Source of the DNA: Deferribacterales bacterium
Lineage (GTDB): Bacteria > Chrysiogenota > Deferribacteres > Deferribacterales > Geovibrionaceae
Assembly: GCA_050253075.1 (NCBI GenBank)
Contig: JBFWJS010000005.1
Location: 1-64,000 of the forward strand
Direction: 5' to 3'
DNA length: 64,000 bases
In this document: in pieces, positions 50,407 to 59,328 of the stretch
How the letters are laid out: each line of letters opens with the position of its first letter
Position numbering within the stretch: the first letter of the stretch is position 1
The notes under the pieces: model-generated
Database searches by the model: none
Told to the model about the DNA's origin: nothing
Seen by the model: only the letters and a program-made list of their open reading frames with translations
Position numbers and translations under genes: made by a program

Positions 50407-51420
50407 TCAGCCTTTCAGCAGCTCAAGAGCTACGTCTTCTATCATGTCTTCCTGACCGCCCACAGTTTTACGTCTGCCCAGCTCTGTCAGTATATCCCTT
50501 GAAGGGATTCCGTATTTTTCAGCAGCCCTTTTTGCAAAGAGCAGAAATGATGAATAAACACCCGCATATCCGAGTGTGAGCGCGTCTCTGTCTACCCTGA
50601 TAGGAGAATCCATATTCGGATATACGACATCCTGCGCAACATCCATCACACCGTAAAGGTCTATCCCCGTTGAAACATTCATCCTGTCGAGCACAGCCAC
50701 AAGCACCTCGAGAGGCGTATTGCCCGCACCCGCACCAAGCCCGGCAGCAGAACCGTCTATGCGGTTTGCGCCTGCTTCGAAAGCAGCGAGGGAGTTCGCA
50801 ACGCTGAGAGAGAGGTTCTCGTGTCCGTGGAACCCGATCTCTGTCTCAGGGCGCAGCTCAGATCGGAGGAGACCTATCTTCTCCTTTACGTCTGAGGGGA
50901 GCATGTATCCTGATGAATCCGTACAGTAAACACACTGCGCACCATAGCTCTCCATCAGCTTCGCCTGAACGAGGAGCTCTTCGGCGGATATCATATGAGC
51001 CATCATAAGGAAGCCCACGGTATCCAGCCCGAGGTCGAGCCCTGCTTTTATATGCTGTTCGGAAATGTCTGCCTCTGTGCAGTGTGTCGCCACACGTACA
51101 CTGCCGATGCCACAGTCTGCGGCACTTTTAAGGTGCTCCACAGTACCTATGCCCGGGACGAGGAGGACAGAAATCTTAGAATTCTTAACCTCTTTGCATA
51201 CAGCTTTAAGGTATTCCTCATTAGTGTGTGCTGCAAAGCCGTAGTTTATAGAATCTCCGCCGAGTCCGTCTCCGTGTGTCACTTCGATGATGTGCACCTT
51301 GGACTCGTCCAGCCTTTTAGCAACTTCTATCATATAGTCCAGAGACATCTGATGCCTTTTGGCATGCATGCCGTCCCTGAGTGAAACGTCTATTAATTTA
51401 AGGTCTAAGCTCATTTTCAT
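50407..51420 (-). CDS. mhpE: 4-hydroxy-2-oxovalerate aldolase (DmpG/MhpE)
   Basis: [42 protein letters not shown]. Confidence 0.95.
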   Translation of the reverse strand: MKMSLDLKLIDVSLRDGMHAKRHQMSLDYMIEVAKRLDESKVHIIEVTHGDGLGGDSINYGFAAHTNEEYLKAVCKEVKNSKISVLLVPGIGTVEHLKSAADCGIGSVRVATHCTEADISEQHIKAGLDLGLDTVGFLMMAHMISAEELLVQAKLMESYGAQCVYCTDSSGYMLPSDVKEKIGLLRSELRPETEIGFHGHENLSLSVANSLAAFEAGANRIDGSAAGLGAGAGNTPLEVLVAVLDRMNVSTGIDLYGVMDVAQDVVYPNMDSPIRVDRDALTLGYAGVYSSFLLFAKRAAEKYGIPSRDILTELGRRKTVGGQEDMIEDVALELLKG

Positions 51421-51425
51421 AACTC

Positions 51426-52325
51426 CTATTTAGCTGCAGCCGCTTTAAGCATGTTTGATGCGAAAAGCTCGCCAGTGTATAAAGCTGCAGAGGTCATTAT
51501 GTCGAGGTTCCCTGCGTATATAGGGAGAAAGTCTCCGAGGCCTTCGATCTCGAGGAAGACAGACACTCTGTTTCCGTCAAAGACAGGGCCGTTCTTTATC
51601 CTGTAGCCGGGGACATACTTCTGAACTTCGCTGACCATTTCGTGTATGGATTTTGTAATAGCTTCCTTATCCGGCTCGCCCACAGTGAGGCAATGGATAG
51701 TATCACGCATTAAAAGAGGCGGCTCGGCTGGGTTTACTATAACGATAGCTTTACCCTTTGCGGCTCCACCTACCTTTTCAACGGCACGTGCCGTCGTAAC
51801 GGTGAATTCGTCTATGTTCTGCCTTGTGCCCGGCCCGATAGATTTCGATGCGACAGTAGCCACGATCTCTGCGTATTCCACAGGCTGTACTCTGCTGACA
51901 GCCTTTACCATAGGAATGGTCGCCTGTCCGCCGCAAGTCACCATGTTCACATTGCTGTGCTCCGCCTGCATCAGCTCGCTCTGATTTATGACAGGCACAC
52001 AGAAGGGCCCGAGGGCAGCAGGTGTCAGGTCTATCATGACGGCTCCCTTTGCTGTCACCTTGTCAGAGTTTGCTTTATGCGCATAGGCAGATGTAGAGTC
52101 GAAGACGATCTTAATGTCGTCTGCTTCGATATGAGGCGCGAGACCGTCCACACCGTCGGCAGTGGTTTTGAGTCCGAGCTCTTTCGCTTTTTGCAAACCG
52201 GAAGAATCAGGGACAACGCCGACCATCCAGACAGGATTGATAATATCGCTGCGCATAGCCTTGATCAGCAGGTCAGTCCCGATATTACCCGGGCCGATGA
52301 TAGCAGCATTTATCTTTTCTTTCAT
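51426..52325 (-). CDS. mhpF: Acylating acetaldehyde dehydrogenase (DmpF/MhpF)
   Basis: [42 protein letters not shown]. Confidence 0.95.
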   Translation of the reverse strand: MKEKINAAIIGPGNIGTDLLIKAMRSDIINPVWMVGVVPDSSGLQKAKELGLKTTADGVDGLAPHIEADDIKIVFDSTSAYAHKANSDKVTAKGAVMIDLTPAALGPFCVPVINQSELMQAEHSNVNMVTCGGQATIPMVKAVSRVQPVEYAEIVATVASKSIGPGTRQNIDEFTVTTARAVEKVGGAAKGKAIVIVNPAEPPLLMRDTIHCLTVGEPDKEAITKSIHEMVSEVQKYVPGYRIKNGPVFDGNRVSVFLEIEGLGDFLPIYAGNLDIMTSAALYTGELFASNMLKAAAAK

Positions 52326-52410
52326 CAGACAGCTCCTTATTTAGCTTTCGTCTGCTCAGTCAGCAATCCTGTAAAACAGGGGATGCATATTGCCTCATGA
52401 ACCTTAAAAG

Positions 52411-52472
52411 TTCCATAATCTGAAACTTTAATTTTATATTATGAGAATATCCAATTAAAATCGACGTGTCAA
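52411..52472 (-). promoter_or_regulatory. Promoter and candidate IclR operators of the catabolic operon
   Basis: Minus-strand TTGACA-17-TATTCT. TTCCA-N5-TGAAA (52411) and TTTTA-N5-TGAGA (52432); a similar TTTTA-N5-TGAAA at 47720 lies upstream of iclR. Confidence 0.55.
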
Positions 52473-53106
52473 CTGAAATGAGCATAATTAATAATCATGT
52501 TTTATAATTTCGTATTCGTTCAAAAGTACACATCATTTAGACGCTAATCTAAGTTATTAAAATACAAGTATTTTTATCAGGGAAATGTCAGAGAGGGTAT
52601 AATTGTGTTTTTTACATGGGTGCATAAATATAAATATTCGAAATATTAAATATACATTTTCAGCAATGTATTAGCCGTTTTACACATACATATATAAAGC
52701 AGTAATGATGCATCTGTCACAAAGCATAAAACAGGATATGTCCATGCCTTCGGCATAAGCAAAAAAGGGATATATATGAAGCGATCATTTAAAAACAGCA
52801 CCTAACATCGTTTGGTTTAAATGCATAAAAAGTTTCAGCAGGTAAAAAAGTACATTTTTACATATATTTAAATTTTATTATTTCAGAGTTACTTTTTAAT
52901 GAACGATTGTCAGCATTAAAACGCTTAATTTTACCCACAACAGCAATAATATATAATATATGCTCATTAACATATATAACCAAATCCATATACACCAATG
53001 AATTAAAATGCTACCAAAATACTATTTTAATCGTTGACAGAGTTTAACTACTGCGGTTTAATTAGATGTGTTATGCTACATATATATATTCTGCGGAGGT
53101 TAAATT

Positions 53107-54417
53107 ATGGACGCTATTGCACTGTCAAGGCTTCAGTTTGCCCTGACTGCCGGTTTTCACTGGATATTCGTACCGCTAACCCTCGGTCTTATCATCCTGG
53201 TCGCTTTTATGGAGACTATGTACGTGCGCACCGGCGACAAGCTGTATCTGCGTATGACAAAATTCTGGGGGAAACTCTTCCTTATCAACTTTGCCATAGG
53301 CGTGGTCACAGGTATCACCCTTGAGTTCCAGTTCGGTATGAACTGGGCCGAATATTCCAAATACGTGGGAGACATCTTCGGAGCACCCCTTGCCATCGAG
53401 GCAACCGTTGCTTTCTTCCTTGAATCCACCTTCCTCGGCATATGGATATTCGGATGGAAAAAAATAAGTAAAAAGACTCACCTCTTTGCAGTATGGATGG
53501 TTGCCCTCGGGTCAAACCTCTCTGCTCTCTGGATCCTCATAGCGAATGCTTGGATGCAGCACCCTGTCGGATACGAACTTAAAAACGGCAGAGCAGAAAT
53601 GGTTGATTTTGGAGCACTCATCTTTTCACCTTATGCATGGTCAAAGTTCTTCCACTCGGTCTCTTCGGGCTGGGTTGTGGCTGCTTTCCTTGTTATGGGT
53701 GTTTCTGCCTATCACCTTCTACGGAAGAATGAAGTGGCATTTTTCAAAAAGAGCCTTAAATTCGGCGCAGTATTCGGACTGGCTGCCAGCCTCTTCCTCG
53801 CTGCCATAGGCGACACCAGCGCAGTGGAAGTTGCACACTATCAGCCTTCGAAATTTGCCGCAATGGAAGCCCTGTGGGAAACACAGAAAGGCGCTCCCGA
53901 ATATCTCCTCGCACTCCCCGATTCTGAAAACGAAAGAAATACCATAGAGATACTTCCTATACCGAAGCTGGCGAGCTTCCTTGCTTTCCACGACTGGAAC
54001 GCAGAGGTCACAGGTCTGAAAGACATACCAAAAGACGAACGTCCCCCAGTGGGGCTGACATTTTTCAGCTTCAGGGCTATGGTCGGACTCGGCACATATT
54101 TCATTCTCGCCTGTATACTCGTCCTCTTCTACCTGAAAAAAGGGATAGAGAACAAGCCGTGGCTTCTGAAGATGCTCCTCTTCTCCATACCTCTGCCATA
54201 CATAGCAGGCGAGCTCGGCTGGATAGTCGCCGAGGTGGGCAGACAGCCGTGGATAGTATACGGCCTGATGAAAACATCGGATGCAGTATCCGTAAACCTC
54301 ACACCGGGGCACGTGATACTTTCGCTCATAGGATTTGTCGGCTTTTACTCACTTCTGGGCATCATCGACATATTCCTGCTCGTCAAATACTCTAAAAAAG
54401 GCCCCGAAGCGGCCTAA
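53107..54417 (+). CDS. cydA: Cytochrome bd oxidase subunit I
   Basis: LSRLQFA…FHWIF, EFQFGMNW, QPSKFAAME, EVGRQPW. Confidence 0.97.
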   Translation: MDAIALSRLQFALTAGFHWIFVPLTLGLIILVAFMETMYVRTGDKLYLRMTKFWGKLFLINFAIGVVTGITLEFQFGMNWAEYSKYVGDIFGAPLAIEATVAFFLESTFLGIWIFGWKKISKKTHLFAVWMVALGSNLSALWILIANAWMQHPVGYELKNGRAEMVDFGALIFSPYAWSKFFHSVSSGWVVAAFLVMGVSAYHLLRKNEVAFFKKSLKFGAVFGLAASLFLAAIGDTSAVEVAHYQPSKFAAMEALWETQKGAPEYLLALPDSENERNTIEILPIPKLASFLAFHDWNAEVTGLKDIPKDERPPVGLTFFSFRAMVGLGTYFILACILVLFYLKKGIENKPWLLKMLLFSIPLPYIAGELGWIVAEVGRQPWIVYGLMKTSDAVSVNLTPGHVILSLIGFVGFYSLLGIIDIFLLVKYSKKGPEAA

Positions 54418-54428
54418 GGAGGGACTAA

Positions 54429-55469
54429 ATGGAACTGACTACATTACAGATAATATGGTTTGGTCTATGGGGTCTCCTGTGGGCTGTTTATTTCATGCTC
54501 GACGGATTTGATTTCGGCGCGGGCATGGTAATGCCTTTCATCGCTAAATCCGACACGGACAACAGGGTGATAATAAACACTCTCGGCCCTGTGTGGGACG
54601 GTAACGAAGTCTGGCTCATCACTGCGGGCGGTGCCACATTTGCGGCATTCCCCACAACATACGCTTATATGTTCAGCTGGCTTTACCTGCCGCTGCTCCT
54701 CATACTCTTTTCGCTGATATTCAGGGGCGTCGCCTTCGAATTCAGAGGGAAGAAAGACTCCGAAAGCTGGAAAAAAGGCTGGGATAAGGTCATCACTGTC
54801 AGCAGCTTCCTCGCTACGCTCCTTTTCGGTGTGGCGTTTGGAAACATTTTCAGAGGCATACCGATAAACATGGTGGACGGACAGTTCGTATACGAAGGTC
54901 ACTTTTTCCTTCTGCTGAACCCTTATGCACTCCTCACAGGCGTGCTTTTCGTCCTTCTCTTTGCTTTCCACGGTGCGCTCTGGCTCAGCTGTAAGACCAC
55001 GGACGACCTCGCCCTTAGAGCAGCAGCAACAGCGAAGAAGATATTTGTCCCCCTTGTGGTGGTTGCCGTGGCATTCCTCGTCATGACACTTTTCTCCACA
55101 AAGCTGTACGACAACTATTTCAGCATGCCTGCATTCTTTATAGTTATTGCGCTCTGCGTGGCAGCTCTTCTCGCATCGGGATTTACCAAAAAAGTTACGG
55201 CTTTCGCACTCTCATGTGCAACGATCCTGCTGACTGTCTTCACTGGCATCATCGGGCTCTTCCCTAATTTGATACCGTCCAGCATAAACATGGATTATTC
55301 CCTCACCGCATTCAACACTTCATCCAGTCAGTATACTCTGACCATCATGACTGTCGTGGTGGGCATCTTTGTGCCGCTGGTTATCGCTTATCAGATATGG
55401 ACATACTACATTTTCAGGCACCCCGTCGCACCCGAGGACGTGGCAGACCCGGAAGTGGAATCCTACTAA
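54429..55469 (+). CDS. cydB: Cytochrome bd oxidase subunit II
   Basis: DGFDFGAG, PVWDGNEVWLI, RGVAFEFR. Confidence 0.97.
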   Translation: MELTTLQIIWFGLWGLLWAVYFMLDGFDFGAGMVMPFIAKSDTDNRVIINTLGPVWDGNEVWLITAGGATFAAFPTTYAYMFSWLYLPLLLILFSLIFRGVAFEFRGKKDSESWKKGWDKVITVSSFLATLLFGVAFGNIFRGIPINMVDGQFVYEGHFFLLLNPYALLTGVLFVLLFAFHGALWLSCKTTDDLALRAAATAKKIFVPLVVVAVAFLVMTLFSTKLYDNYFSMPAFFIVIALCVAALLASGFTKKVTAFALSCATILLTVFTGIIGLFPNLIPSSINMDYSLTAFNTSSSQYTLTIMTVVVGIFVPLVIAYQIWTYYIFRHPVAPEDVADPEVESY

Positions 55470-55477
55470 ACATCACA

Positions 55478-55505
55478 GCCCCCGCCTTAAAACGGGGGCT
55501 TTTTT
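55478..55505 (+). terminator. Intrinsic terminator after cydB
   Basis: AGCCCCCG-loop-CGGGGGCT-TTTTT. Confidence 0.8.
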
Positions 55506-55566
55506 CACCCCTTGCATCCGACAGAAGCACAGGTTAATATACTCCTCAAACAATCAGGAGTTAAAC

Positions 55567-56079
55567 ATGCTCGACATCCTCAGAAACAGACGCAGTGTGC
55601 GTAAATTCACCGATAAAGCCATAGAAGATAATAAGATAGAAATATTAAAAAATGCCCTGCTGCTCGCCCCCACTTCCCGAAACATTGAGCCGTGCGAGTT
55701 CATAATGGTGCGGGACAAAGACACTCTGGAAAAGCTGTCTAAGCTGAAATCAGCAGGCTCGTCATTCATCGCAGGGTGCGACACTGCATTCGTGATATGC
55801 GGTGATACGGTGAAGAGCGACGTGTGCATAGAAGACTGCTCCATAGCATCCATCGTGCTCCAGCTCACCGCCGAGACCATAGGGCTGAAAAGCTGCTGGG
55901 CACAGGTTCGCCTGCGCAGCGGGGAAAAGCCTTCCGAACAGTATGTCAGAGAGCTTCTGGGACTGCCCGAGAGCTTCACCGTCGTGTCCGTGATAGGCAT
56001 AGGCTACCCCGCAGAGGACAGAGAGCCGAGGCCTGACGACACGCTGAAACGTGAAAAGATACATGCCGAAAAGTTCTAA
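55567..56079 (+). CDS. Nitroreductase-family protein
   Basis: RRSVRKF, APTSRN, GLKSCW, IGIGYP; CAGGAG RBS before the ATG at 55567. Confidence 0.9.
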   Translation: MLDILRNRRSVRKFTDKAIEDNKIEILKNALLLAPTSRNIEPCEFIMVRDKDTLEKLSKLKSAGSSFIAGCDTAFVICGDTVKSDVCIEDCSIASIVLQLTAETIGLKSCWAQVRLRSGEKPSEQYVRELLGLPESFTVVSVIGIGYPAEDREPRPDDTLKREKIHAEKF

Positions 56080-56266
56080 GGCGGAGATAAGCAGACGATG
56101 CACGGGCTGCGGAGCCTGTATATCTAAATGCCCGCAGCGTGCCATAGAGTTTTTCACCGTGGAATACGTGAAGAAGGCACGGGTCATAGAAGAGCTGTGC
56201 GACGGATGCGAAGTGTGCATCCCCCACTGTCAGTTCAAAGCTATAAAAATGAATCTCAAGGACTGA
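56063..56266 (+). CDS. 2x[4Fe-4S] ferredoxin-like protein
   Basis: CTGCGACISKCP and CDGCEVCIPHC. Confidence 0.85.
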   Translation: MPKSSKAEISRRCTGCGACISKCPQRAIEFFTVEYVKKARVIEELCDGCEVCIPHCQFKAIKMNLKD

Positions 56267-56296
56267 AGAGCAGTCTTAGATTGTTCATTTCTCCTA

Positions 56297-56404
56297 AGAT
56301 TGCTTCGCATTCGCTCGCAATGACAAAAGATACGTCACTGCAAAGTCCGCAGGGCTGCGGCACTAGCCGAAGGCTGTACGAGTCCATGACAGTTATTGCC
56401 GAGC
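56297..56404. repeat. Degenerate intergenic palindromic (REP/RPE-like) element
   Basis: AGATTGCTTCGC…CTCGCAATGAC followed by GTCACTGC…; related to 59206-59302. Confidence 0.55.
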
Positions 56405-56442
56405 TAGTCTTATTACATACATTCAAACGGACATTTATCGCA

Positions 56443-56472
56443 TAAAAAAAGCCGACTCGTGAAAGTCGGCTT
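56443..56472 (-). terminator. Intrinsic terminator of the fur/perR-like gene
   Basis: A tract-AAGCCGACT…AGTCGGCTT. Confidence 0.75.
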
Positions 56473-56496
56473 CTGCATCTGATTTATATATCAGAA

Positions 56497-56898
56497 TTAG
56501 TTGTTGCATTTGTGGCATGGGCTCTGCAGCATAACAGCCACACGCTCATACTTTCTGCCTGTCTGTCTCTGTGCTTCATCCATAAAAGGCTTTGTGTCGA
56601 CATTCATAAGGTCTTCGACATTTCCGCACATTGGGCATGTCACGTGGACATGATCGCCAGTATTGATCTCATAAACAGGCTTTCTGCCGTGGATAGGCAC
56701 TTCTGTAAGGATATCTTCCTCGACCAAAAGGTGGATATTCTTATAAATAGTAGCGAGGCTCACGGATGAGTAGAAGTTCTTAACCTTTTCATGAAGGTCT
56801 TCCACACTTGCGTGACCCATTTTTTTAATCTCCTCAAGGATAAATATCCTCTGTGGAGTAACTTTAAGCTCTTTTTCTCTTAAAATCTTATCATACAT
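56497..56898 (-). CDS. Fur-family regulator (PerR-like)
   Basis: LKVTPQR, GHASVE, SLATIYK, HVHVTCPMCG and a C-terminal CxxC. Confidence 0.9.
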   Translation of the reverse strand: MYDKILREKELKVTPQRIFILEEIKKMGHASVEDLHEKVKNFYSSVSLATIYKNIHLLVEEDILTEVPIHGRKPVYEINTGDHVHVTCPMCGNVEDLMNVDTKPFMDEAQRQTGRKYERVAVMLQSPCHKCNN

Positions 56899-57093
56899 TA
56901 CACACTCTCCCGCATCACACGTTATATGATAGTACACTTTGGGTTTTTGTCTACAGAAAAATATTATTAAAAGAACAATTTTTCTTAACAGTATTAGTTA
57001 CAATAGATTTCTCTGTAACATTCTTGTATTTACGTTATAATAGACATACGATTCTTAAATATCAATATTTTTATTCATATGAAAGGATAAACT

Positions 57094-57981
57094 ATGCTTA
57101 ATAAACTATTTTTTACTATTATTATTCTTTTAGGATTCTTTTCATTTTCCTATGCACAAAAAAACGTCGTAGTATCAACGACTCAGATATATGACTTTGC
57201 ATCTCATGTGGCAGGCGGAGACATAAATGTCATCAGCATTCTCGCCCCCGGGCAGGACCCGCACACCTATCAGCCCGTACCGAAAGACATCGAGGCGGTG
57301 CGCAGTGCCGACCTTGTGATAGAGAACGGACTGCACCTCGAGGGGAAGAACTGGATGAAAACCCTCGCCGAAGATGCGGGCAAACCGCTCATAACAGCCA
57401 CAGACGGCATCAAACCGCTGATAATGGATAAGGAAGGTACAAAGGTGAACGACCCCCATGCATGGTTCACCCCCGCCAATGCCGCCGTATATACCAATAA
57501 CATCACAAGAGCTATGATACAGCTGGACCCTGAAAATAAAGACAACTACATAGCAAGGGCAAAGCTATTCCTCGCACAGCTAAAGGCTCTCGACGGATGG
57601 ATACGCTCTGAGGTTTCTGTCATCCCCCCTGAGAACAGAGTGCTGGTGTCAAACCACGATGCATTCCAGTATTTCGCAAAGGAGTACGGCTTTGTAAACA
57701 CGGCCCCAATAGGCTGGAGCACGGGGAGCGAAGTGGGCGGAGGCGTCACACCAAAAAGGCGTGAGATGGTCGTCAGGTCGATACAGGAGATGAAGGTGCG
57801 CTCGATCTTTTTCGAAACCACCATAAACCCGAAGCTGATACGTGAAATAGCCAAAGACGCAGGCGTAAACATCGGCGGAGAGCTCTACAGCGATTCCATG
57901 GGCGACAAAGATTCCCCCGGTGAGACATACATAGGCATGATGCGTGAAAACATTATAAAGATAGTGAGAGGGCTTAGATGA
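57094..57981 (+). CDS. Mn/Zn/Fe ABC transporter substrate-binding protein (TroA/PsaA family)
   Basis: GQDPHTY, DPHAW, HDAFQYF, LYSDS. Confidence 0.93.
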   Translation: MLNKLFFTIIILLGFFSFSYAQKNVVVSTTQIYDFASHVAGGDINVISILAPGQDPHTYQPVPKDIEAVRSADLVIENGLHLEGKNWMKTLAEDAGKPLITATDGIKPLIMDKEGTKVNDPHAWFTPANAAVYTNNITRAMIQLDPENKDNYIARAKLFLAQLKALDGWIRSEVSVIPPENRVLVSNHDAFQYFAKEYGFVNTAPIGWSTGSEVGGGVTPKRREMVVRSIQEMKVRSIFFETTINPKLIREIAKDAGVNIGGELYSDSMGDKDSPGETYIGMMRENIIKIVRGLR

Positions 57982-58460
57982 GATTTATCCTCACAGGCGC
58001 AGTATGGGCGGTGATACTCTCAGCGGTATTCCTCGTCTTTTCCATACGGGCTCCCGAAGTGACAGCACATACAGTCGATACGGACAAGGGCAGGACATCA
58101 GTGTCGTTCGAGATAACCACCACATTCGGCGTGGAGAAGGACCCCTTCGCACTTGATATAGGCGACGAGGTATCTGCTTTCAGCCTGACACTGGACGGAG
58201 AGACGATATTCTCCGCACAGGAAGGCGTGCACGACAGAGTGCCCTTTGTCACCGTAGAGGCAGAGATACCATACGGGCAGCACGAGCTTTTCGTAAAGGC
58301 AAACCCATCGGAAAACGGCATATCACAGGCCGTACGTATAAAGGTGCTGAACCACGGAAACACTCTGAACGAAGAGACCTACTGGTTTCAGGCGGGGCAG
58401 ACAGTGAACGCCTCGCACAAATTCACCATCGAAGAAAAGGATGATAAAAATGAACACTGA
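57978..58460 (+). CDS. Hypothetical membrane-anchored protein in the metal ABC operon
   Basis: N-terminal hydrophobic helix; overlaps both neighbours. Confidence 0.7.
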   Translation: MRFILTGAVWAVILSAVFLVFSIRAPEVTAHTVDTDKGRTSVSFEITTTFGVEKDPFALDIGDEVSAFSLTLDGETIFSAQEGVHDRVPFVTVEAEIPYGQHELFVKANPSENGISQAVRIKVLNHGNTLNEETYWFQAGQTVNASHKFTIEEKDDKNEH

Positions 58461-59196
58461 GCACGCAATACAGGTGCGTAACCTGACAGTCAGCTACGGG
58501 CCGAAGCCCGCTCTGCTGGACGTCAGCTTTGTCATAAATACAGGCGAACTGGTCGGCATCATCGGCCCCAACGGTGCGGGTAAATCCACACTGATGAAGG
58601 CTATCCTCGGCTTTGTTAAGCGTGACATCGGCGATGTTTATATATTCGGAAAACCCGTGGAGCAGACAAGGGGGATGGTGGCGTATGTTCCTCAGAGGGG
58701 TACGGTCGACTGGGACTACCCCGTGACAGTTTACGATGTTGCCATGATGGGGCGCTACGGACACATCAGGTGGTGGCAGAACGAGACGAAAGAAGACCAC
58801 GAGATAGTCGAACGCTGCCTCGAGATGGTGCGCATGTCCGACTTTAAAGACAGACAGATAGGTCAGCTCTCGGGAGGACAGCAGCAGCGTGTCTTCATGG
58901 CTAGGGCTCTGGCTCAGGGGGCAAAGATACTCCTGCTGGACGAACCTTTCGCAGGGGTGGACGCCGCCACGGAGAATGCGATACTCGATGTTCTCGCCGA
59001 AGCGAAAAAGGCGGGAATAACCCTTGTCGTAGTGCATCACGACCTCGCAACGGCATCTGAGTATTTCGATAAACTGCTCCTCGTGAAGCAGAGACTTTAC
59101 GCAGCGGGACCTCCGTCACTTGTTTTCCGTCAGGAACTGTTGACAGAGGTATACGAAGGAAAGCTGAAGGTCTTCACCGACCTTATAAAGGATTAG
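58450..59196 (+). CDS. Metal ABC transporter ATP-binding protein
   Basis: GPNGAGKST, YVPQR, LSGGQQQR, LLDEPF. Confidence 0.95.
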   Translation: MNTEHAIQVRNLTVSYGPKPALLDVSFVINTGELVGIIGPNGAGKSTLMKAILGFVKRDIGDVYIFGKPVEQTRGMVAYVPQRGTVDWDYPVTVYDVAMMGRYGHIRWWQNETKEDHEIVERCLEMVRMSDFKDRQIGQLSGGQQQRVFMARALAQGAKILLLDEPFAGVDAATENAILDVLAEAKKAGITLVVVHHDLATASEYFDKLLLVKQRLYAAGPPSLVFRQELLTEVYEGKLKVFTDLIKD

Positions 59197-59205
59197 GCAT
59201 CCCTC

Positions 59206-59302
59206 GTCATCACGAACCCTAAAAGAGGGAAGTGATCTTCTAACGCATTTGAGCGTTTAGACGTGGAAGACTGCCGCGGATGTACAGCATCCTCGCAGTG
59301 AC
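59206..59302. repeat. Intergenic palindromic (REP/RPE-like) element
   Basis: GTCATCACGA…GTGATC…AGACTGCCGCG…CTCGCAGTGAC with internal hairpins. Confidence 0.6.
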
Positions 59303-59328
59303 TGAAACATACAGAAAAGGATTAAAAA

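Noticed and set aside
53034..53047. FNR box upstream of cydA
   Set aside because: TTGAC-N4-TTTAA is only a partial match and could equally be a -35 element.
55369..55566. N-terminal extension of the nitroreductase
   Set aside because: Overlaps cydB and its terminator; the RBS supports a start at 55567.
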